A stretch of 64,000 nucleotides of DNA, from assembly GCA_963827655.1 (NCBI GenBank), contig CAWHCF010000022.1:160001-224000 (forward strand), written 5' to 3'. The position numbers were made by a program, and so were the translations under genes. Shown piece after piece: positions 36,931 to 46,064 of the stretch (within the stretch, counting starts at the first letter, position 1; each line of letters starts with the position of its first letter). The notes under the pieces are model-generated. The model saw nothing but the letters and a program-made list of their open reading frames with translations. It had not been told where the DNA came from and searched no databases. Origin of the DNA: an uncultured Acidobacteriota bacterium (GTDB lineage Bacteria > Acidobacteriota > UBA6911).

Positions 36931-39234
36931 TCACTTCAGGTGCTTCTCCAGGAACCGGAAGGTTCCCTGGCCGTTGATGGTATGGCCGCCATTGAAGAAC
37001 TCGATTTCGGTGCGATCGCCCAGGCCGAACTGGTCGTACAGCCGGCGGACCTTGGCGTACTCCGATGCCACCCATTCATCCGGCGCAACGGTGTCGGCAT
37101 GACCACGCTCGACCATGAATGGCCGCGGAACCAGCAGGTAGACCATGTCCGCGTAGTTGAATGTGCTCCCCAGATCGAAGTAGGGCATCTCCCATTCGAC
37201 TGTGAACATGAAGCTGTAACGGCTCTGCGTGGAAACGACCTTGCGCGCCCAGTCGTTGAAATCGGCGGAGCAGATCGAAAGGCAGTAACGTTCCAGCAGC
37301 GGTGGAACACGCACGGCCGTCTCACCACCGTAGCTCAGCCCGTAGAAGGCGATGCGCTTGGGATCGACCTGAGGCAACGTTTCCAGCCAATTCAGAATCT
37401 GCTCATGCTGCGCCAGAATGAAAGAGAAGAGCGACGCTTTGACCGCATTGGCTTTCCGGCTTAGAAAACGATAGCGATCTTCACCACGATAAGGATTATG
37501 CGGGGCGAACGTGATGAATCCGCGTTCCGCCAGCCTGGCGGCGAAGTCGTGGTAGGCGCGGTGGTCGCCTTCAATAGTATCCTTGGGGACAGCGCCCCGG
37601 CCGTGCTGGCACACGATCACGGGCCGCTTCTCACCGGGTTTAAGGTCCTTCGGCACCAGCAGGACTCCCCAGGCAAACACATCCGGGAAGACGTCCAGCA
37701 CGACTTCGTAACCGGTCCACTTCGGGTTGTCGTAGATCTTGCGCGATCGCGGATTGAGCGCCAGCAGCGGATCTTCCAGCCTGCCCAGGACCTCGTCCCA
37801 GAAGTATTTCCGGTGCTTGCGGGTTTGTTCCAGGAACCGGTCGAGCGAGGGTGTCTTGGGATCGACGTCCCATTGGAGGAACCGGTCGCGCGCGCGATCG
37901 GAATCGCGCAGCAGTAACTGAACGTGGTTCTCAAGCTCCTTGACCTGCCGCTTCTGGCGTGCCGCCGGATCGAGTTTTTTGCGCCGCTCGACCGGCAGCC
38001 GGTCGGAGATCGGTATCTGGGAGCGACTCCCCAGCATTTGCGCCAGCTTCCCAGCCGCCTCCGGCGACCCTGGTCCTGCCGGCCCGCCGCCAGCATCTCC
38101 CACGAGATAGGCTTTCTTCTGGAAGCCCGGCTGGATCAGAGCAGACATCCGGTTGAACTCGGCCTGCACGTTCGCGAATGGAGGAGTGACGATTCGACCC
38201 TCGGCGCCTCCTCCACGCCGCCCCGGGCGCGCGGGAGGAGGACCGCTTATCTTCGGCGCCGCGCTCCACTCGACTACCAGCCCGCGCGGGGCAATGAGGC
38301 TCGCTATTTCAGCGCTGCCGAATTCTCGCAACAACCCGAAGACGTTGCGATAAATCGGCTCCTCCCAGATTCGCTCCTGCGGATCGAAATAGCCGCTCAC
38401 CAGACACGCCTCGATTCGCGGGTCGGTCGCCGCCGCATAGAATGCGATCAGCCCACCCTCACCATAGCCGGCCACCGCGATTTTCGCGTCGTTGCCGGCG
38501 CGCTGCTTGAACCAGTCCACGACGGAATGCACCTTCTGCACTTCGTATCCGATGATGTGCCGTCCCATGTTATATGCCTGGCGATAGATCCACTCGCGGT
38601 GCGGCTGGTTGGTCCAGGCAACGTCCGGACTACCCGACCACTCATCGGAGCGATCGATCAGCACGGGAACCACGACCTGGAAACCATTCTCCGCGAACCG
38701 GCGCGCGAACTGGGATTGACTCTCGACCCCGGGGGCCAGACCAGCGATTTGCTCCGGCGTCTGATCGGCGTCCGGGAGCGCAACCAGGCAGCCGACCGGC
38801 GGGTCCTTGGGTTCCAGTAACAAACCTTCACCTGTCACTCCCTCCAGCACGCGCCACCGCACCTGATAGATGCGATAGCGATCCGTTTCGGAAACCAGTG
38901 CCGGATTGTCGTCGTCGCCAAATCGCTCCATCACGACCGCAACCCGCGGATCGGCGAGCCCGATGCTCTTGGCAAAGCGCTGGCGATTGGGCCGGATCGA
39001 TTCGTCATAGGCCTCAGCCGAGGCGAAATCGCGGTTCCAGTAGTTGGCGCGTTTTGCGGACGATCCCGCGATCTTTTGCTCGATGAAACGGTGAAGGCCG
39101 TCCATCATTTTCGTCGAGAGATCACCGTCCCACGTCAGGGGCTGCGTGTTGGGGAGGGTAACAACCTGGAGGGCTGGAACATCGCTGATTATGAACAGCA
39201 GGGCAGCGAACGCAAGAACGTGTTTCAAATTCAT
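36931..39234 (-). CDS. Secreted duplicated alpha/beta hydrolase (dienelactone hydrolase-like)
   Basis: Two modules: GYGEGG (no Ser nucleophile) and GLSYGG...ADTV...GGH. Confidence 0.8.
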   Translation of the reverse strand: MNLKHVLAFAALLFIISDVPALQVVTLPNTQPLTWDGDLSTKMMDGLHRFIEQKIAGSSAKRANYWNRDFASAEAYDESIRPNRQRFAKSIGLADPRVAVVMERFGDDDNPALVSETDRYRIYQVRWRVLEGVTGEGLLLEPKDPPVGCLVALPDADQTPEQIAGLAPGVESQSQFARRFAENGFQVVVPVLIDRSDEWSGSPDVAWTNQPHREWIYRQAYNMGRHIIGYEVQKVHSVVDWFKQRAGNDAKIAVAGYGEGGLIAFYAAATDPRIEACLVSGYFDPQERIWEEPIYRNVFGLLREFGSAEIASLIAPRGLVVEWSAAPKISGPPPARPGRRGGGAEGRIVTPPFANVQAEFNRMSALIQPGFQKKAYLVGDAGGGPAGPGSPEAAGKLAQMLGSRSQIPISDRLPVERRKKLDPAARQKRQVKELENHVQLLLRDSDRARDRFLQWDVDPKTPSLDRFLEQTRKHRKYFWDEVLGRLEDPLLALNPRSRKIYDNPKWTGYEVVLDVFPDVFAWGVLLVPKDLKPGEKRPVIVCQHGRGAVPKDTIEGDHRAYHDFAARLAERGFITFAPHNPYRGEDRYRFLSRKANAVKASLFSFILAQHEQILNWLETLPQVDPKRIAFYGLSYGGETAVRVPPLLERYCLSICSADFNDWARKVVSTQSRYSFMFTVEWEMPYFDLGSTFNYADMVYLLVPRPFMVERGHADTVAPDEWVASEYAKVRRLYDQFGLGDRTEIEFFNGGHTINGQGTFRFLEKHLK

Positions 39235-39399
39235 TTCCTGTCGACTCCTTTACCGATGACATCGAGTCCCGGTGGCAAGTGCGCTGATCACATACGCCCC
39301 CGAACGCGAAGTTCCGCTGTTGACAGCCGTGACCCGGCGCATCTAGAGTGAACACCGTCGACAAAATCCAAGAGCTGTCCAATAAAAACAGGAACAAAC

Positions 39400-40914
39400 A
39401 TGTTCAAGAACATCACTCGATTTCTCGCCCTCGGACTCACGGCGCTCGTTTGCTGGTACAACGGTGAGGCCGCGCAAACGCCTGCCACAACGGGCGCGAG
39501 GCCCAACATCCTTTTCGTCTTTACCGACGACCATGCCTACCAGTCGATCGGGGCTTACGGCTCCAGGATCAACAAGACGCCGAACATGGACCGGCTGGCA
39601 CGGGAGGGAATGCTGTTTCGCAATGCATTTGTCACCAACTCGATCTGCGCGCCCAGCCGGGCAGTGATTCTCACGGGAAAGTACAGCCACCTCAACGGCG
39701 TGCTTGACAACGTACTAACGTTTGATGGATCGCAACAAACCTACTCCAAGCTGCTTCAGAAAGCCGGCTACCAGACCGCCCTGATCGGCAAGTGGCATCT
39801 GAAGAGCGATCCGACCGGCTTTGATTACTGGCAAATCCTGATCGGGCAAGGCCCTTATTATAATCCGCCCATGATCGAGAACGGGACTAAGGTCACGCAC
39901 ACGGGCTACACAACCGACATTATCACCGATATTGCGCTCGATTGGCTGAAGAACCGGCGTGATCAGAAGAAGCCGTTCATGTTGATGTACCAGCACAAGG
40001 CGCCGCACCGCGACTGGCAGCCCGGCCCGAAATATCTGACCAGGTATGACAACATGACGATTCCTGAACCGGATACTCTTTTCGATGACTACTCCGGCCG
40101 CGGCTCGCCGGCCAAGACTCAGGAAATGAGCATCGAGAAGTCTCTTAACGAAACGGATCTCAAGCTGGTGCCCCCGAAGGACCTCACTCCGGAGCAGCGC
40201 GGGCCCTGGGACGCCGCTTATAATCCCGCCAACGCGGCCTTCCGCAAGGCCAACCTATCAGGCAAAGAGCTGGTGCGGTGGAAGTACCAGCGCTATATCA
40301 AGGACTACCTTCGCTGTATCGATTCCGTGGATGAGAACCTCGGCCGGGTCCTGCAGTACCTGGACGAGACTGGCCTGGCGAAAAACACGGTCGTGATTTA
40401 TTCGTCCGACCAGGGATTCTATCTGGGCGAGCATGGGTGGTTCGACAAGCGCTGGATGTACGAGGAATCGCTGCGCACGCCGCTCCTGGTCCGCTGGCCA
40501 GGCGTGGTCCAACCGGGAAGCGTCAATCACGATATGGTGCTCAACCTCGACTATCCGGAGACGTTCCTCGACATTGCCGGGGTTGGAGTGCCGGCCGACA
40601 TGCAGGGGCGCAGTCTCAAACCATTGCTCATGAACAAGACGCCGAAGGATTGGCGCCGGAGTATTTACTACCACTATTATGAGTATCCCGGCCCTCACAG
40701 CGTGCGGCGACACTACGGCGTGCGCACCGATCGTCACAAGCTGATCCACTTCTACCAGCTCAACGAGTGGGAGCTGTACGATCTTAACAAGGACCCGAAG
40801 GAGCTCCGGAGCGTGTACGGCGATCCAGCCTATGCCAAGATCCGCGATGAACTGGCCGCCGAGCTCAAGCGCTTGCGGACGTTGTACAAGGTGCCGGAGG
40901 ACACGCGCCCGTGA
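39400..40914 (+). CDS. Formylglycine-dependent sulfatase (N-acetylglucosamine-6-sulfatase-like)
   Basis: [49 protein letters not shown]. Confidence 0.95.
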   Translation: MFKNITRFLALGLTALVCWYNGEAAQTPATTGARPNILFVFTDDHAYQSIGAYGSRINKTPNMDRLAREGMLFRNAFVTNSICAPSRAVILTGKYSHLNGVLDNVLTFDGSQQTYSKLLQKAGYQTALIGKWHLKSDPTGFDYWQILIGQGPYYNPPMIENGTKVTHTGYTTDIITDIALDWLKNRRDQKKPFMLMYQHKAPHRDWQPGPKYLTRYDNMTIPEPDTLFDDYSGRGSPAKTQEMSIEKSLNETDLKLVPPKDLTPEQRGPWDAAYNPANAAFRKANLSGKELVRWKYQRYIKDYLRCIDSVDENLGRVLQYLDETGLAKNTVVIYSSDQGFYLGEHGWFDKRWMYEESLRTPLLVRWPGVVQPGSVNHDMVLNLDYPETFLDIAGVGVPADMQGRSLKPLLMNKTPKDWRRSIYYHYYEYPGPHSVRRHYGVRTDRHKLIHFYQLNEWELYDLNKDPKELRSVYGDPAYAKIRDELAAELKRLRTLYKVPEDTRP

Positions 40915-40958
40915 GATGATGCGAAAGAATTGGGTCTGTGGCGCGGGTTATCGTCAAG

Positions 40959-41070
40959 AAATGACATGAGATGAAATTGATGACAAATGGGAAACCGGCT
41001 GGCTGGCACCGGGATCCTTGAGACTACCCACATTGGTCATTTGTCATTGGTCATTTTTCATTTGTCATTT
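40959..41070. repeat. AAATGAC/GTCATTT heptamer inverted repeat between convergent genes
   Basis: aaatgacatgagatgaaattgatgacaaatggg ... cccacattggtcatttgtcattggtcatttttcatttgtcattt. Confidence 0.7.
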
Positions 41071-41105
41071 AAGCACACTCCAAGGCGCCGCCTTGGACTG
41101 CGGCC

Positions 41106-41675
41106 TTATCGCTGCGCGGCCGCATGGCTCTTTTCCCCCCAGAGTAGAAATCTGAGGAGCATATTGTCCTTGGTCCGAATCAAGCCCAGGGCGGATGAAG
41201 GAGGAGTCAAATTGTAGTCGCTGAAACTCACCTGGGAATTGCCATCAAGTTCCAGCCGGTCGTCGCCGATCGACGTGATGGCTACATCCGCCGCCACCGG
41301 TTTACTGATGTCCTTGATCGTGAGTGTGCCGCTGATGTCGAATCGGCTTGACGCCTTCCGCGCGACCCGGTTCGAGGCAAAGGTCAACCGGGGAGGCTGA
41401 TCGGCCGCGAGAATAAGATTCAAAACCTCTGCGAGAACCTGCTTGCGCTCGGCCGGCTTCAACCATTCATCGCGGCACACAGCGCTTCGCGCTTCGATCA
41501 CGAGTCGAATGGAAGATTCTTCCGGCTTGTCGCGGTTGTAAAGAGCTTCGCCTTCGTATTGCTCGAAAAACAAGACGTGCTTCTTGCCTGTCCTGAGACC
41601 ACTCTTGAAAATCTCGAGCGCGACTACGCTCTCATTCGAGGGACCGATCTGATAGGGTGCTGCGTTGCTGGTCAT
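41106..41675 (-). CDS. YceI family protein
   Basis: LILAADQPPRLTFAS, ISGTLTIKDISKPV, SFSDYNLTPP. Confidence 0.75.
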   Translation of the reverse strand: MTSNAAPYQIGPSNESVVALEIFKSGLRTGKKHVLFFEQYEGEALYNRDKPEESSIRLVIEARSAVCRDEWLKPAERKQVLAEVLNLILAADQPPRLTFASNRVARKASSRFDISGTLTIKDISKPVAADVAITSIGDDRLELDGNSQVSFSDYNLTPPSSALGLIRTKDNMLLRFLLWGEKSHAAAQR

Positions 41676-41736
41676 AGTTTTTTGAGAATACCATGGATCC
41701 TTCTTCGAGTCTTCGTGGTTAGTGCGGTTTCGAGAG

Positions 41737-43071
41737 CTAATAATACGCGAGATAGCGATCGAGTTCCCAGGGATGCACCTGGCCTATGTATTCCTGCCAC
41801 TCGGCCCGCTTGGCTTCGATAATATGGTTGGAGATGTGCGTCCCCAAGGCTGCCTGCAAGAACTTGTCTTTCTCAAATGCTCGAATAGCTTCGCTCAAAT
41901 CTCCCGGCAGGTTCTGGACTCTCAGCCTGCGCCGCTCACGCTGGCTCATGCTGAGAATATCCTTGTTCACCGGTGGGCCCGGGAGAACCTTGCGGCGGAT
42001 GCCATCCAGTCCGGAGCGCAGGATCGCGGCCAGACAAAGGTAGGGATTACACGCAGGATCCGGCAGGCGAAACTCGCACAGCATTCCTTCGCGGTACCTT
42101 GAAGACAGGCGTATCAGCGGGCTGCGGTTCACTTCGGACCAAGCCACGTGAGTGGGCGCCTCAAAATTCGGAACCAGCCTCTTGTAAGAGTTCACCAGCG
42201 GGTTTGTGATTACCGCCATACCTCGTGAGTGCTCCAGCAGTCCGGCAATGTAATAGAGTCCCGGATTACTGAGCCTGTATTTGGCATTGGGTTCGTGGAA
42301 AGCATTCTTGCCGCTTTTGTAGAGCGTCTGGTAGATGTGCATTCCCGAACCGTTCTGGCCAATCAAGGGTTTGGGCATGAACGTGGCGTGAAGGCCGTGA
42401 TCCAGAGCTATCTTTCTGACCAGAAAGCGGCATGAGCTGATGTTGTCGGCGGTGTTGACCGCGTCGTCGAGCTTGAAGTCGATTTCATGCTGGCCCGGAG
42501 CGACCTCATGATGCGCGGCCTCAACCTGAAACCCCATGCGCTCGAGAGTGTTGACCATATCCCTGCGCGCCTCTTCGCCCCGGTCAACCGGGGCAAGATC
42601 GAAGTATCCGCCGACATCGTGGGTTATGCTGGTTGCCTTTCCGTCCGCGCTTCGCAGGAAGAGGAAGAACTCGACTTCGGCACTCACCATAAGGCTGTAG
42701 CCCAGGTTCGCAGCGTCCTGGAGAACGACCTTGAGCGCAGTCCGGGGACAGCCGGCGAAAGATGATCCATCGGGTAAGCGAATATCACAGATCATCCGCG
42801 CCACCTTCCCTCTGCGATCCTCCCAGGGAAATACCCTGAAGGTGGAGGCGTCGGGCACCAGCAGCATGTCGGATTCTTCCACGCGTGAAAACCCATCGAT
42901 GGAAGATCCATCGAAAACTACCTGACCGTCGAGCGCCCGCTTGAATTGATGCTCCGGCACCTCCACGTTTTTGATCGAGCCCAGAATGTCAGTAAACTGG
43001 AGGCGCAGAAAACGCACGCGCTCTTCCTTTGCCAGTTCAAGAACCTGGTCCGCCGTCATGGAATCGGTCAT
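41737..43071 (-). CDS. Glutamine synthetase type I-alpha-like protein with divergent motifs
   Basis: FDGSSIDGF, YFDLAPVD, HHEVAPGQHEIDF, ATFMPKP, NSYKRL, VHPWE; 444 aa. Confidence 0.88.
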   Translation of the reverse strand: MTDSMTADQVLELAKEERVRFLRLQFTDILGSIKNVEVPEHQFKRALDGQVVFDGSSIDGFSRVEESDMLLVPDASTFRVFPWEDRRGKVARMICDIRLPDGSSFAGCPRTALKVVLQDAANLGYSLMVSAEVEFFLFLRSADGKATSITHDVGGYFDLAPVDRGEEARRDMVNTLERMGFQVEAAHHEVAPGQHEIDFKLDDAVNTADNISSCRFLVRKIALDHGLHATFMPKPLIGQNGSGMHIYQTLYKSGKNAFHEPNAKYRLSNPGLYYIAGLLEHSRGMAVITNPLVNSYKRLVPNFEAPTHVAWSEVNRSPLIRLSSRYREGMLCEFRLPDPACNPYLCLAAILRSGLDGIRRKVLPGPPVNKDILSMSQRERRRLRVQNLPGDLSEAIRAFEKDKFLQAALGTHISNHIIEAKRAEWQEYIGQVHPWELDRYLAYY

Positions 43072-43136
43072 TTGAGCTCCCTTGTGTTTTTCAGTCTCAC
43101 CACCAAGTCACGAAGACGCGACAATTACCAAGCCTC

Positions 43137-46058
43137 CTACACTCTGTAGAAATATTTTTCCACGAGCTTCCTGACATTTGTGGCATGGTCTTCCCATTGC
43201 GCCAGAAACTCGTTCCGAACCGCCGATGGCGTCTGCGGAGGAATTCCAATGCTGCGCGCCAATCGCACGAGCTGCGGCGATTCGCGCGAGATTTCCCGCA
43301 ATCCCCATTCCTCCATGAGTTGATAGTGGTTCTCCACAAGCCTGTGAAAGCGGTGCGCTGCCATCAAGGCGCGGGCCTCTTCGTTCGAGAGCGCTTCCAC
43401 GCCTTCCAGGGCCAGGATGGCTTCCGGGACGCTCGGCGTTCGCACGGCGTCCTCGTTCTTGCCGTAAAGGAGTTGCAGAAATTGAACCAGAAACTCCAGG
43501 TCCGCAATTCCCCCTTTTCCGTACTTGAAGTCCAGGTGGGTTTGGCTCTCCCGGCTCTTCTCCGTTTCTATTCGTCTCTTCAGATGGCGAATGGACTCGA
43601 GCGCTTCTTCATCCCATTGAAACTCGTAGATTATTTCGGCCAAGAGGACGCTCCAGCGGCGCAGCAATTCATCCGTCGGGTCCAGCATCCGGCAGCGCAC
43701 CAGCGCCATGCGCTCCCACGGCTGCATGGACTGGCGGGCGTAGTCCACAAAGCTGGTCCAGGAGCGCGCCAGCAAGCCGGCGGAGCCTTCAGGACGAAGC
43801 CGCAGATCGAGATGGTATGCCACTCCTTCCGAGGTGACCCCGGCCAGCAAGTGAAGGATCTTTTCGACGCGCTCGTCCTGGGCTCGCTGGATCCGGGCCC
43901 GGAGTTCGGGCGCCGCGGCGCTGTCAGGCTCTTCGTATAGGAAGACAAGATCCAGGTCTGACCCATAATGGAGCTGTCTGCTTCCGAGCTTGCCCAGGGC
44001 GGCGATCCGTAACGCCACCTGCGGCAAGTCCGTCTGTGCTTCAATGTCCGGTTGCGCGCATACCGCAGCCGCCTTGACGCACGCTTCCGCCAGGTTACTG
44101 AGTTCCTTGCCGATTTCCAGCGCGTCGGCCAGTCCCGCAAGGTCTCGATATGCGATTCGTACCATCTCCCGTTGCCGGAACTTTCGGATAAGGTCCTCTT
44201 TAGTTTCTCCACGCGGGGACTGGCCGAACCGATCCTGAATTTCCTGATACATGTCGTCCCACTCTCGCCCCTCCAAAATATGGGTACCTTGGGCGAGGCT
44301 GTCGAAATATTCGGGGTGACGCGTAAGGATCTGCTGGCACAGGTTGCTGTGAGCAAGCAGGTTGGCAAGGCGCGTCAGGTGCGGCCGGCGAGAGGCAAGA
44401 GTTCGAAGGAAAGAAATCCGGTTTCCGGTTGAGGCCGCAAAGCTCTCGAGATGATGCAGGGCCAGATCCGGATCGATGGTATCTCGCAGCAGTTCCAGCA
44501 GGGTGAAGGCAAACTCAAGGAACGCCCGCCGCTCGCCCGGCGGCAGCATTCGACCCGACGGGCCCAGGGCGATCAGGCGAATGTTCTGCCAGGCCTTCTC
44601 GATATCCCGGAATCCGTATTGCGAAAGAAGTTCGCGAACTCTATCCTTTGGGACCCGGTCACTGAGAAGCTGGGCCAGTTCCTGCTCGTAACCCTTCAGG
44701 TAGAGGTACCCGGGCGTCAGATAGATCCTCTCCAGAATCGCGCGGACTCTGGACCGGTGGAGCTGAAGCGTGGAACGAAAAGCTGCTATGGCTTCGGCGT
44801 CGTTGCCTGCGAATCCAAGCCCTTTGGCCAACAGCGCCAGCTCTTCAGAATCCTCCGGAACGATGGAACGGAAGGTCAATCCCCTGAGCTGGAGCCGGTG
44901 CTCCACGATGCGAAGAAACCGATAGGCCAGGGAAAGTTGAGACTCTTCTCGTTCCAAAAGAAGTCTAGCCTCCGCCAGACGCGCAATCGCTTCAAGCGTG
45001 GACCGGACGCGGACCGCCGCGTGCTTGTGCCCAGCGATCAGTTGCAGGTACTGCGCGTAGAACTCGATGTCCCTGACTCCACCGGCCCCTTGCTTCACGT
45101 CGGCCTTGAGCCCGTATTCCTTTTCCGTGCGATGCTTGACCCGCTTGATTTCCTCCAGAGAGGAATCGTCCATCTGGCGCGCGTAGGTGTATTTCTCGAC
45201 GAAGTCGCTGAAGCGGCGGCCAAGATCGTGATCGCCTGCAACGAACCTCGCCTTGATCAGCGCCTGGCGTTCCCAGGCTTCGCCCCACGATTCGTAGTAG
45301 CTAATCAGGTTGGAAACCGATGGCACCAGCGGTCCCGTCTTGCCATGAGGGCGTAGACGCATATCCACTCGATAAAGCGGTCCGTCGGCGCCGGGCTGGG
45401 ACAAGAGCGAGACCAGCCGCTCTCCCAAACGGGTAAAAAAGCGAAGCTCGTCCGCATCATCAGACCCGCGCCAGAAGAAGACCAGGTCCACGTCGGAGCT
45501 ATAATTGAGTTCGTACCCTCCAAGCTTTCCCAGCGCGAACACCGCAAAGCCCTCCGGGGCCGCGCTGTCACCGATACTTGCAGGCCGCTGGCCGGCCAGT
45601 GTCAGCCACGAACAGGAAAGGGTTGCCGAGATCACAAAATCAGCCAGGCGGGACAGCCGCCGGATTGTTTCCTCAAACGGCGACAGGCCGGAGATATCCA
45701 GCAATGCAATTTCCAGATACTCCCGGCGCTTGAAGGCGCGGAGTTGATCGATTGAATCGGCGCTGCCGATTCCGGAGTGAAATTCTGTCCAGTTTTCTTC
45801 GCAAGAAGAATGCGTGATCGGTGTTTCCGTGGGTATGCGCTTCGCTAACCGAAAGATCCACTCCGGGTGGCGCGCCAGCGCATCCAGCATCGGAGGCGAC
45901 AGGACAAGAAGCTCGGCAAGTTTCTCGAGAAGAGACGGCTCGCAGTCCGCAAGGGCCTCATAAGCCGCGCGCGAGCTCTCCGCCAAATGCTGCAAGGCCC
46001 GCGACGCCCTCATCGGGGCAAACGTAGCCCGGGCTGCAGTTGTTAATCGATCCCGCAA
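43137..46058 (-). CDS. glnE: Bifunctional GS adenylyltransferase/adenylyl-removing enzyme
   Basis: Two nucleotidyltransferase modules: GKLGGYELNYSSDVDL..YRVDMRLRP..WERQALIKAR and GKLGSRQLHYGSDLDL..DLRLRPEG..WERMAL. Confidence 0.95.
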   Translation of the reverse strand: MRDRLTTAARATFAPMRASRALQHLAESSRAAYEALADCEPSLLEKLAELLVLSPPMLDALARHPEWIFRLAKRIPTETPITHSSCEENWTEFHSGIGSADSIDQLRAFKRREYLEIALLDISGLSPFEETIRRLSRLADFVISATLSCSWLTLAGQRPASIGDSAAPEGFAVFALGKLGGYELNYSSDVDLVFFWRGSDDADELRFFTRLGERLVSLLSQPGADGPLYRVDMRLRPHGKTGPLVPSVSNLISYYESWGEAWERQALIKARFVAGDHDLGRRFSDFVEKYTYARQMDDSSLEEIKRVKHRTEKEYGLKADVKQGAGGVRDIEFYAQYLQLIAGHKHAAVRVRSTLEAIARLAEARLLLEREESQLSLAYRFLRIVEHRLQLRGLTFRSIVPEDSEELALLAKGLGFAGNDAEAIAAFRSTLQLHRSRVRAILERIYLTPGYLYLKGYEQELAQLLSDRVPKDRVRELLSQYGFRDIEKAWQNIRLIALGPSGRMLPPGERRAFLEFAFTLLELLRDTIDPDLALHHLESFAASTGNRISFLRTLASRRPHLTRLANLLAHSNLCQQILTRHPEYFDSLAQGTHILEGREWDDMYQEIQDRFGQSPRGETKEDLIRKFRQREMVRIAYRDLAGLADALEIGKELSNLAEACVKAAAVCAQPDIEAQTDLPQVALRIAALGKLGSRQLHYGSDLDLVFLYEEPDSAAAPELRARIQRAQDERVEKILHLLAGVTSEGVAYHLDLRLRPEGSAGLLARSWTSFVDYARQSMQPWERMALVRCRMLDPTDELLRRWSVLLAEIIYEFQWDEEALESIRHLKRRIETEKSRESQTHLDFKYGKGGIADLEFLVQFLQLLYGKNEDAVRTPSVPEAILALEGVEALSNEEARALMAAHRFHRLVENHYQLMEEWGLREISRESPQLVRLARSIGIPPQTPSAVRNEFLAQWEDHATNVRKLVEKYFYRV

Positions 46059-46064
46059 AGCGGC

